From Daphnia carinata (lineage: Eukaryota), in NCBI RefSeq assembly GCF_022539665.2, contig NC_081334.1, forward strand, positions 2,666,001 to 2,730,000: 64,000 nt of DNA. The letters run 5' to 3'. The notes beneath the pieces are model-generated. The model did no database searches. It was not told where the DNA came from and worked only from the letters and a program-made list of their open reading frames with translations. Within the stretch, counting starts at the first letter, position 1. Every line of letters begins with the position of its first letter. Made by a program: the position numbers and the translations under genes. Positions 52,527 through 64,000 of this stretch are shown in pieces.

Positions 52527-54428
52527 CCCCAACTCCACTCTGCGGCCCCGTCAAATGTAATAAAGAAGAAAGGGAGTCTTGTAATCGCAAAGAAGATGGT
52601 TTCTTCTTTCTTTGTTTTGGGACATTGTGCGTTCCAAGAAACAACGAGATGGGCTCTCCTATTTGTATTTTCCCCCCTCGTTAGCCGGTGGCTTTCAAAG
52701 TCAGGTAAAAAGAAGGAATAAATCCATTCAATTGACGATGCATACATTATATCTTGATTTATGTTTGCAAAAGATGTGCTGTGCTTTCGCTGGATATTCT
52801 TCACTTCGTGACACGTCCGGGCTTGGAACAAGTGTTTTCTTCGACGTATATGCACGACATCGTGAATCTTCATCGTGATTTATTCACGGTTGCGAGGCAC
52901 GTAGGACGATAGGACTAGACGTCAGCCCGGATTTTTCGCAAAGGTAAGCTTGCACATCAACTGTCACTGCATGTTATAAATAAGTTCGAGGGTCAGTGTG
53001 GGGAGATGGAAATTTTTCATTTCACGACATTGTGATCTTTCGCCAGCGATCCCTTCGACACCATCGAAGATCAAAGTCTTTTTGACGGTTTTTCGTGACA
53101 ACAAATGTTGAACACGGTGAAACCCACAGGCTGTCGGCGGCGAAATCAAAATGTGTAATGCGATGTCCGTGCTTCTCGTACAGCCGCTCCGGCTGGATCG
53201 ATTTGATGTGACGGCCCTGGCCCACGTAGTCCAACTAGCCATTTTTATTGAGAGGCAGAAATCGATGTTGGAACAGTTGTTGCCCCGAGTCTATGATTTT
53301 TTTTTTTTTTTTTTGAAAGGCTTTCAGGGTTTCGTTTTGTTTCATACCACAATTCGATTTAAATCGAAATGTTTTATCGTTTTACACATGGCCGTTTTTC
53401 TTGGCCATCTTCGTTCGGCTCGTCTGTTAGATTAACGTTTATTATGGCGCATTATAAAGAGGGAGGAGGACACAAGAACATCAGTGACAGACGCAACGTG
53501 CAGCGTGACGCATTATCACTGATCGTGATGCACCAAGTCGAACTAAAGCAGCTGGATCAGACAGCTGGAATCCTGCCGGAAGAGGAAGTCTGATTCCCCC
53601 CCCCCCCCGTGATTTATTACATCGATCCGACGATTTCCATAGTGCCGAGACGATTACAAATGGGAATTGCTGATTGAGACTAATCAGAGATTTTATTTTC
53701 AATAGAAAAAAGAAAAAAAGAAGAAACAGAGAAAAGAACGCAATATCTTAATGTTCCACATCATTAGATTTTGGCAAGAAAGACTGAATGAAAATCAACA
53801 GTGAAAAAAGAACGAGAACAGAGCACGTGAATTTGAAGAAGAAAACGACACGATTCGAGCGAAATATTACATCAAAAAGGGAAAATGAAATTTGATGGGC
53901 TGTGGAGATGCAAATCGCTTGAAAGATATTCAAGTGGGACGTGAACCGTTTTATCAACGTTGAAATGTCTAAAGAGATTTACACGTACAGCGAGGGCAAC
54001 TTGTTTGCGTCTAAACTTTGGCTGTGTGTGGGCATAGTGTAGGCCTAGGGCAAACTACATTATTATACAAACTTGGATGATAAAGAAGAAGATTTTTTTT
54101 TTCATAGTTTCTATGGGAGTTTCAGATGGTACGTCATTCTTCCTTTTTTCTTCATTGATCACCGACATAACGTTGGAATTGGAAACAAATTGTACAGAAA
54201 AACCAGACACGTGAATTCGACTGTCCTCGTCTTTAATTTTCGAGAAGAAACGAAGTTTTCATCGTCACCGATAGGGAATGAACTGGGCCTGCAACGGCCG
54301 TGCTGGCAAACCTGGAAACATGAGCACACAACAAAATGAAGATGGCCGTCACCGATAAACAAAATGCAAGTTTAATACCGGGACTGTAAGTTAGGCGTGA
54401 CATGTTGTGAAATGATGAGATGCAAGAC

Positions 54429-55671
54429 TCACAGGTAACTTGGTTTGGAGAAGCAGCACAAGGCGCGAATGTTGCGGCAAAGCGGATTGGAAGTAGCGCG
54501 CTGCCGCCGGTTTGTCAGCATCCGCTGTTTGGCCCAAACGCTGAACTTGTCCTCGCCGGCCAAGGCGAACGCCCGTCCTTTATTGCCAAAAGAAACAAAA
54601 ACTCTAATCAATTAATATCTAATGGACTCTAACCCTGCCAACCAAGAGTCACGACATGTTCATCCTTTTATATATATACAGTACATATATAACTTAACGA
54701 ATGATGGCCTTTTTGTTGCAGTGGACGGATAATGAGATCAGAGTTCACTGGGTTCATCACTTTATTCAAATAGAATGAAGCCTTTCGTGAAGCTCATTTT
54801 CGTGCCTCGTCGTGAACAACGCTAGACAGTGGCCTTGCGTCTCTTCGTTTTGTTTGTTAACGAGCTCAATTAAATAGCTTATTAAAGTTTCATTTTCAGG
54901 TAGTCGTATTACCAAATGAAGGTGAACATTTTGTAATCAAAAAAAGAAAACAGCTGAAAGTGAAAAATCAATGACCTACCGTATGACTCTTCCATGGGCA
55001 TGAATTCCGAGAGGTCGTCAATGAGCCGTTGGATATCCTCCGAGTCTTTGCGGATGGAACGGAGCTCCTCCGCGTTGAAATCGGGCGCCAGTTGTTTGCA
55101 GAGAATGATCTGGCTGAAGACTGTACCCAAATTGGATGGCCCGGCTCGATTTTCTGTTGATGTTCCAGTTGTTTCCAAACGACGGTCCGATTTCAAAGGA
55201 AAAATCAAGCAACGATCCAAAGAGATAAACAAATATATGAACAGCCAACAAGATCAAAACAATCAATCCAAGACTCGAAAGAAAAGGGCTACCGTGTTAT
55301 CTGTCAAACTCAAGATCGAACCCCCCCCCTCCCGACCTTTTCTTTTTTACACTCTCCCTTCGTTGATTGAGCGCCAACATGGTCGATATACTCTCGACTT
55401 TCTAGACATCTATTGCACCATTGCGTTTTTCTTTTCGTATCTGTGCGATCGTTCATGCAGCAATCAATGGTCTACTTAAACACTCGTACACGAAAAGGGC
55501 AGTGCGAATCATCGACCGCCATATAAAAAGGGCGTGGTGACCCCCCGCAGGATCGATTTGCTTTGCGACCGTATAGCTCCTCACCGTCGCTATCAAACAA
55601 CATGTCTGTGTGTATACAATGCCGTCGGGAGATAGTTTGGATGGACATTTATCTTACCTACATATTGCTGG

Positions 55672-55708
<37 letters not shown>

Positions 55709-58278
55709 AATATAGAAGGAGATGAAAGTGAGGAGAGAAACTTGGAATAGATGAGAAAGAGGTCGTGACTGGACGGACGCTGTTTGTTTTTAACGGTGAG
55801 GTAATCAACTTTGTAGTGAGGACTCGTGAAACTTGTGCTATCTCGTAGGAGAGATGACAAGGTGAGAAAGGGATCTCATCATCTTGTGTACACGGACATT
55901 TCTACGTCCAGCTTTCCGTTTGGCCACTTGAGAAATTGTGGAGTTGGCGTTCATTAACTCGCTGCGCAGCGGGTCTTGTCTATGTCATCACAAGGATATT
56001 TTTTTTTTTATACCCAATTTTCACGTCTTTCTTTTGACACGAAACTAATTATTCAAATGACGTCGTCTTTGCCTTTGTTTCCCACTTTCGACGAGCGTCT
56101 TCCTCTCACTTCGTGTTGCTAATTCTCAATCCACTTTGTCTTTATAACAATCACGAATTCCTTTCAATCCTTCTATGCAAATAAGGACGATGGGAAAATT
56201 AAAAAAAAAAGGGTTAAGGCGATTAGACTTTCATAGAATAGGCTACAGTGGTGTTGCATCGATGTAGGGCCACTTCTGTATGTTCCCATCAATGATGTAC
56301 CAACCGACCATCATAGGACGCAAGTGTTAGCCTTCGTAGATTATGAACGTTAAGACTGAAAACATCAAGACGCCAAACGAGTTTACTAAACCCTTTCAAC
56401 GGGATTACAAAACGCCACAGCGGACCAGAGGGGCTGGGCTGCTGACTTGGTTAGAGCCGGGGATTTCCCGACGGAATACAAAAGTTTAGCCAGCCATGGC
56501 AGCTTGATTTCAACGTATGCACTTTACAGCTGTGTTGCGTGTGTACATTGACGTCGTGAAACGCGTACGGGACAACTGATGGCGAACGCTTGTAAAAGTT
56601 TACAAAAGAATACTAGTCGATTTCATTCTTGAAAGAGGTTTTCACGTCAAGGGATGTTCGGAGTTCGTTCACGAACGAGACCACACAGTTTAGATAATAA
56701 AAAAGAAGAGGAGAAGGAGAGAAATAGAAGCACGAAAAAAAAAAAAAAAAAAAACTTTGCGGCCCTTCTTGTGTGAACGTCAAACAATATGAGCCGAGAT
56801 GAAAAAGAAATCAAAGATTTTTGTTGACGGAAAATTCCGGTCCGATGGACATGTTTCCGTTTCACGAGGCGTGCCCCCCTCTAAGGCCGTTTTCGCTCTG
56901 GCTCGTGTTACATATTGCATTTGATGAAATCGCGAGTTTGCTTATGTTGCCTGAGATGTCCCAACAACACACACACAAAAAAAGAGATGTTTGTTTGTGT
57001 CATAAATTGACCATCTTACCGTAAAAGCTGGTCATGTCGAGCGGTTTCCTCTGAATGAGGCGGTGACTCTTGTGCAACTCGCGGACCAGCAACTGACAAC
57101 TGCAGAAAAAATGGACCAAATGGTCCTTGTCCAGCGGAATTCCAGCGGCGATATCACTGAGGAGCAATGAAAATAAATGCATCAAAAATTACATCGTCCC
57201 CATATGTAACGTAGCTACCATAGTATAGCATTCTATTGTTTTTGTTCCTCATCCAATACTATATATATATACAGTATATATATCGTGTAAAGAGCTGGAA
57301 CTTAATCCTTTTTCAATCGTCGGGTAATTGCGCGATGGCCATTGCATTTTCCCCGTACTAGTTGGCCTGAGGATCGTTTGCGTGTTCCCAAACAGGCCTT
57401 TATTTATTTTTTTTTTTTGTCCTTTAGACCGTAGCCCTTTTTGTGTGTGTGTGTGTGTGTGTTTAAGGCCGATCGTGTGTATCGATTGATTCTTGGTAAA
57501 AAAAAAATAAAACGAACGAAGAAAAAAGAAAGGCTGAAAATTGATGGTCAGAAAATAGGCGTGGCAATAGGGAACTGTTGTGCGGCTATTCAAGCAACGA
57601 GCTCAAACGAAAAGAATCAAACCAGTGAAGTATAATGATGCAGCCCTCCCCTCAAATCAATAGCCAATTTCGCTGAATACCCAAACTCCGTCTCTATACT
57701 TCCACCCTTCAATCAGCCTTTTTTTTTTTTTCTCTCTCTCTCTAACATGTACACGGAGCTCTTGGGTATTAACTAAGTCCGTCCAATGCCCACCTCCATC
57801 AGCCCGTTGATGCGTGTCTTTTATATTCATTGGCAATCCTCGTTACAAAAAGACGAAGCCCCCAAAATCGATCTACATTTAGCGCCGTCAGCTGATTCAC
57901 TGTGCCCACGTTCTCGATTCATCCGACTTCAAAGAGCCACATCCGTTCATGTCTCCCCTCTACACTATAACATATCTTCAAAGAGCACTCTACCTCTTTC
58001 TTATTTCCTAATTTGATTTGTTGCCTAGCAGGTTCCTTAAAAAAAATCACGTGAAATCCCGGGAACATTTTGGAGCCCCCCTCCTCCCGGCCGGTAGGAG
58101 ATGGTACGTACCTGTGTATCTGCGGCAGAAGGAGCTGGTTGGTGTGTTTGCAAGACTCGACGCACTGTCGCCGCAACCGTCGGATCTTCTCTCGGACTTC
58201 GGGCGAGTCTTTGGGCTGCCCGATGGTGATGAGTAGTTGCCGAAACTGGGCCACTAGGCTGTTCAGTTCGCCGATCAT
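54429..58278 (-). CDS. RGS7BP: Regulator of G-protein signalling 7/9-binding (anchor) protein, R7BP/R9AP family; an upstream exon was not located
   Basis: Exons 58278-58112, 57156-57020, 55153-54980 and 54577-54429 with consistent phases (627 nt including stop). The N-terminal helix MIGELNSLVAQFRQLLITIGQPKDSPEVREKIRRLRRQC resembles the R7BP/R9AP syntaxin-like bundle. The C-terminus has a basic stretch plus di-cysteine (NRRQR...RALCCFSKPSYL*), like the palmitoylated R7BP tail. The first located exon starts with ATG directly after an acceptor. Confidence 0.8.
55675..55703. repeat. (TG)n microsatellite in an RGS7BP intron
   Basis: About 14 TG units; one of many (TG/CA)n, (CT)n and (TA)n tracts in the window. 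Confidence 0.9.
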
Positions 58279-61200
58279 CTGAAACGACATACGGAATTCA
58301 TTTGTTTTATACAACTGCCATGGACACCGTTGATTCTCCGCTACGAAGGTAGGCCTATTTAAATTAATCACGACTATTTTATGTGAATCGTTTTAGTGTT
58401 TAGTTTTTTTGTTTTTTTTTGTATTATTCATTCATTAACGCCTTGAATGAATAATGAAGTGTGGGCGTCCCACTCAATAAGGACAGGCGCTTAAATGCTG
58501 CTGTGCGTATTTCGTGAGTAGTATTCGACATTCCGTTTTCGGTTCGTCATGAACGGGTACTTGACGAGCCACTTGCGCGCATAGAAAATACTCGTTTAAT
58601 TAGTCAATATTGTTCCATATTCATCACGGAGGATATTAGCATGATGAAAACGCCCTGGCCAAAGGGAATTCTCTTTACTAAGAATTCTTTTTTTTTTTTT
58701 TTCTCCCCTTTTGGCTTTTCATCGTTCTCTCGTTTTGCTCCCGAAATGAAGGTCAATGAAGCGATGAAGCGAAACCTGTAAGGAAGTCAAGATTGTGCTT
58801 TATCTCTTTTTCTCTCTGTGCTGGTAAACCCGGTTGGCTGCGCTTCGTAATGAAACTAAATTCGGTACGGCAAGTAGACGGAGATATTCAAAAAAAAAAT
58901 AAAAAAGTATGTGAAACTGCGTAATTTCGCGATGCGTCTCTCTTCGAATTCTTGCGTTTCCAATCGTTAGATTCCCTTGGAAGCCGAGCTTAAGACACTT
59001 TAAGGTTGGACATGACAGTCCAAGTGTTGCCAAAACTTTTGATGGGAAAAAAAAAATTTCATCTCATTTTACGGGTCGCAATTCTTTTTCTGTTTTTAAT
59101 CGATTAGTTCGCTCTCGGACGAATTTCAAAGCGCCGAAATGCAAATCAATCACGTGCGTTTAGTCTTTTTTTTTTTTTCTTTTCGAAATGAAAGATTGAC
59201 GACGATCGATATTGAAATTTGGTGACAGTTCAAAGCATTGCATGGATAAGTAAATAGACATTTCAAGAAGAAGAAGAAAAAAAAAAAAAAAGGCCTTCTA
59301 TTGGACCTGGTAATATCAGTCGGATTAACAGCAAAAAAAGAGGACGAATGAGACGTGCGGCTGTGCAATCAAGACTTTCGGAAATGAAACGATTAAAATG
59401 GCAGAAAATCTGTAGACTTTTGAAAGAGGGGGGGGGGTCAAAATGTTTGTCTTCTTTTGTACCGGTTACTCGACAGCGCAGATGCCTTCTAAAAATATAA
59501 TGGAGAAAGAGAGAGAGAGAGAGTGAGCCACATTGATTTTCAATACTCTCATCGTAATGCTCGGTTGATCAACAAGCCGAAGTAATAACAGCTGTGACAT
59601 GACTCTCATGGCCCACGAATAATATGAACGAGCACTACTTTGCAATTCAAATGGAGCCAAAAAACAAAACAAAACAAAACAAATAAAAACACATGGCATT
59701 CTCATTTTCAAAGGCCAAAGCAAATATCGAACCGAGAGACCTCCTCCCTCTCTCTCTTCATCACGATTTTTTTCTCCGTTTCAATGTGTGCACTTCGTCG
59801 AAGAGATTGCAATAGCTGATGTGTGAGCGCAATTTTTTTTGCAATTTGCCATCGAGCTGACAGTTTTGAGCGGGGAAACGATGCGGCGAAGTTTGCGTGG
59901 CTTTTAATGTCGGCCGTTAACCGGACGTTATCCTCTACGCCATGCACACACACACACATCAGAAACACAGTGCGCGTTACAATTACACCAAGACCAGCGT
60001 CTCGCATCCTAGAAGGCGGGGGGGGGGGCCCTCCAATGATTTATCGCCATTCTTTCCTTTTGATTATTTCTTTCGTTTTCATCCGAGTGAATTGACGCTG
60101 TGCACGCACCCGTTTTATATAGACACAAGCGTTGAGCCTATACATGGCCTATAAACTGTATTACATATCACTTTCTCGGCCTGGTAGCCAACTGCCAATG
60201 TCGTTGATAACACGCGCTGCACAATTCAACAGCTGCTGCCTTACGTCCCCACTACGAAAAACAAAAGGGAAATGTTGTGATGAAATGGGCAAAAAAAAAA
60301 AAAAAAGAAACGTAAAAATTGGGAGGAAACAAAGTGTGTGGCTTCTATCATAAACAGAAGAAAAAAAAGTTGGGGGGGGGGGGAGGCAGTCTCTGTGGTT
60401 CGTAAAGAAATAAAAAAAAAAGCTGCGCTGTTTTGTTGTGATAGTCATAATGGTCATAAACGTGGGAATTGTAAACAATAAAGCTGCACAAACTGTCGGT
60501 CGCTAATTAAAGAGGAAAGACACAAACAATGACTTTGATTTTTCTTTCTCTCCTTTTTTTTTTTTTTTTTTTTTTGTTTTTTTTTTTTGCTTTGACGATG
60601 GCCGTACGTATAGGGGCGTGTATATGTATAGTGAGATTATAATGAATAGGATCCTCGTTGACTCGTTATAACATTCTCCGGAAGCCATCCTTATATAGAC
60701 GTGGCTTTCTTTACGTGATGCTTCTTCCGTAATACGTCCTTTCATTCTTCCTTATTTATTTATTTATTTTTTTTGTTTTCATATAAATATAGAGTACACT
60801 ACTGAGTAAATCAATCGCCATTCTTTTCCTTTTGAATGCGTCGCTGTTGGTTGTTCGTACCTTGGCAACTGTCGTGAAAAAACAAAAACCCGAGCCGATG
60901 ATATCGACCGTAAACATTCTCGCGTATAATTATCCTCTGCTATTCCTAATACGATTCAGCTGAAACGGCCCTTGCTCCTATCGCGATCGTCGAGTCGCTA
61001 AATTGCGGCAAATAATTGAGCAGTTAGTTTAAAAAAAACAAAAGCAACAAGCAGCGCAATGATGAACGAGGCTACATCGTTTATTTATGTATGACAACAT
61101 AAACAGCAAAGGAAACTGCCGAGTAAAAACGCGATACAATTGATTTGACGGGTTGTTATATTTTTCTTTTTTTGCCTTCTTTTTCGAAAGTGCAACAACC

Positions 61201-61854
61201 TGAGTCTATTACACGAGAGCATAAAAAAAAAAAAGGAAATGAAAGGCGGATAACTGGTATGTTTGGTGTATATTATATTACATATATCGATCAGTTGTAA
61301 AGGGAAAAAGCGTATGGCTGATCTGAACATGTAGAAACACGGAAAGGAGAACTCTCCACACTTGACGATTCGGATAAAGACACGGGCAAATTTGTTTAAA
61401 AAGAAAAAGCGAGCCCTTCGTCAAAAGGAAACGAGATCAATATTCTATCGATTTTTCTTTTAGATACGTCTACGTGCTAGACGATACTATATCTGAATTT
61501 TTATGTATTTTCTCTTTTTTTCGCACTTCATCGCTCGTCCGTTTCATCCTTCGCTGCTATAGAAAATAGGAAGAAAAAAGGAAAACAGGCACGCGTACGT
61601 ACGCGCGAATTCGGTGAAAGGTTTTCTTCGCACCGAGGAAAAAAAAAAAAAAAAACGAAGGAAAAACAAAAGAAAAATATTTCAATCGCGTTGCATATGC
61701 GTCTTTTCCCATCCATATGTTTTTCAAAAACGCATATATCCCACATCGTTTGTGGGAAAGAAAAAAGAGAAAAAGAATGGGAGGGGTGGGGGGACAAGTT
61801 ATTCTGTAAGTTGTCCATGTGAGAAACAAAAGGAAGAATAAAAATTGCGAATAT

Positions 61855-61889
<35 letters not shown>

Positions 61890-64000
61890 ATCGGTTGAAA
61901 GTCTCTGGTTGACAATCAGGAAGTGAAAACACGCGCCGTGGAAATGAATGTGCCGCTGTATTAGTACGTTGTCGTCTAGATAATTATCTGCGTTCATTTC
62001 GTGTTTTGTTTTGGCGCGCACGTCACAGCCGAGAGATTGGACTTGAATGGCGAGACACTGACGTTCTGCTGCGCTCATTTTGACGCCGCGCCGTGCATAC
62101 GTAATTCGTTTGACTGACACCCATACACCTACAGATACGTACTTTAAGCGTGACGTACCTTTTGAGCCCTGTGATTGGCATTGGCGGGATTGTGATGCTC
62201 GTCGATGGAAATTTCATAATCGGCTGACGTCGGCATTATGTCGTCCCAGCAGCTGCCGTCCCTTTATGTATAATGTGGCTTCGACTATACGCACAGCACA
62301 AGCCTCAGATGATGATGTGAAATGTTTGGCGCGACACGCTAGCCAGCGCTGAAATAATGCGGACGAAATTGCAGTTGGTCGGTGCGAATGAATCGTGACG
62401 ATTGGACGACGCCATTCAGAGCGGCCGAAAAGAAAAAAAAAAAAAAAAAATCACTTTCAAGATCGATGGGCGACGATCGGCCGCAACCGCTGCCGTTCCA
62501 GGTGTAACTGTGCAATTGCGAGATGTTGGTTATCCATTGGACGTGGCTGAAATGTGAGAGTCCATGTGCGATGACGAACGCACTCGGAACGAAAATTTGG
62601 GCGGCACGAACGGCCTTCGGCCCAGCGGGTAAAAATAAACGCGGAACAGTTCTCACTTTTTCTTTTTTTTTTTTTTCTTTCTTTTTTTGGAATATTCAAA
62701 TTATTTTCTTGGCTCATCTAGATGTTGAAAATGAAAGGCACCGTTTCTCTTTATTTTTTATTTTTTTTTTTTTGTTCTGTTTGGTTTGGATTGTTGTTGG
62801 GCCTACTCACTTCAAACACAGACCTCTGGTGTTTAGAAAGGACCGTTGCCTAACAGCCAGCTGTCGGTCAACATCGAAATGGAACGACATCATTTTTCTT
62901 TCAAACAATTTACGTTTAACCAAATGAATTTTCAGAGGACAGGCTGAATCACCCGGCGGTCTAAAATAGCCAATGTTTTGGAATTTGAATGTGAGGCCGA
63001 CGTTGGCTATGCGGATAAGTCAAATACGTGATACCGCCGATCTGTTTTGCCTGTGTCAAATTGCTTCTGCGTGCGTCACACTCGTAACTGTATTTAAGAT
63101 AAAAAAAAGGGACGAGAAGAAATCTAGGAAAAAAAAAAAATAACGTCACTCTGCCAACGGCAGTCCGTTCCAGACTGAGACGCTACACGTCGAGCGGCGT
63201 GCACGTTACTACTCTCTTTTTGCTTTCGTGGAGAGTGCGTGGTAGTGTCGTTCCCCAGTCAGCTGAGTGCCGTGTGCAGGGTTCGTTTCTTTTCCTTGGC
63301 TACGCATACCGTCACAAATGTATTCACAAAACTCAACGCTCGTCCCTTTACAGCAACCTTTGCTTTGCTACTAGGATTTTTCAAATTACATTTCGGACGT
63401 GAACCCCCGCCGACTTGATGCAAAACGTGAGTACACTTTTTTGATTTGCCATTCTTATTCGCATCTTTTGGTTGTTGGACATGCACAACATTCGCCGCGA
63501 ACGCTTGCTATTATTCTGCTGTCAATTTGCTCGACAATGATTTGCTAGAATTGCGACATCTTTTTTTCTGGGTAGATAACTGATAAACAGCAACGCGTTT
63601 ATACCCGCGGACACAGTCGGCAGCTGTCGTGATTTTACCGTTCGATATAGATTTTTCGTTCTCCTGCGTATATACATACCTGCTGCTTCAATTGAAAAAC
63701 GAAATAATGAACCTGTTAGCGTAATGTGCTTATTGTTAAAAGCTATTCGCATGTTGCAATGGCGGTTGTTCGAACTTGCCACCGTTTTCTCGGAATACTC
63801 CATCTACTTGAATTTCTAATTCAATAGCCTAGCATAATAGAATCGAGCTTCTATCTCGTTTGTGCAATGCTACGCGAATTGGCGATGCACAGCAGCTGTG
63901 CCACACACTGCGTATAACTTCCTACACACTCACGCAAAAGAAGAAAAAAAAAGCAATAAGAAATAATGGAAAGAAATATTTAACTGCAACCGACGTCGAG

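Noticed and set aside
58400..64000. ORFs upstream of RGS7BP as its first coding exon
   Set aside because: None showed recognisable homology or a confident phase-0 donor; probably intron or UTR, with the first exon unplaced or outside the window.

Overview
Intron-rich eukaryotic DNA with many short introns, homopolymer runs and microsatellites. It looks like an arthropod, plausibly a Daphnia-like cladoceran, though that is inferred from composition and gene structure, not identified. I hand-spliced five protein-coding genes. (1) The 5' part of the voltage-gated sodium channel para/Nav1 (minus strand; N-terminus, domain I and the start of linker L1), which runs off the window start. (2) Cks1 (plus, 3 exons). 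(3) LRRC49 (plus). (4) A P4-ATPase phospholipid flippase of the ATP8B class (plus, about 1529 aa by my splice model). (5) An RGS7BP/R9AP-family RGS anchor protein (minus). Strongest observation: ATP8B carries a tandem pair of 226-nt mutually exclusive exons encoding alternative TM6-TM7 segments, flanked by nested complementary intron elements that could loop out one copy. Other notable points: a 68-aa signal-peptide-like ORF just upstream of para, probably in its 5' leader; Leu at the pyrethroid kdr site V410 and an unusual T->M change in the domain I pore loop of para; a 39-nt exon-j-like microexon missing from the ORF track; a frame break with two overlapping open frames in LRRC49; four head-to-tail p53-type half-sites; and RFX X-box-like motifs near four of the five genes. 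No rRNA, complete tRNA, CRISPR array or transposase was seen. All coordinates were derived by hand, without tools.
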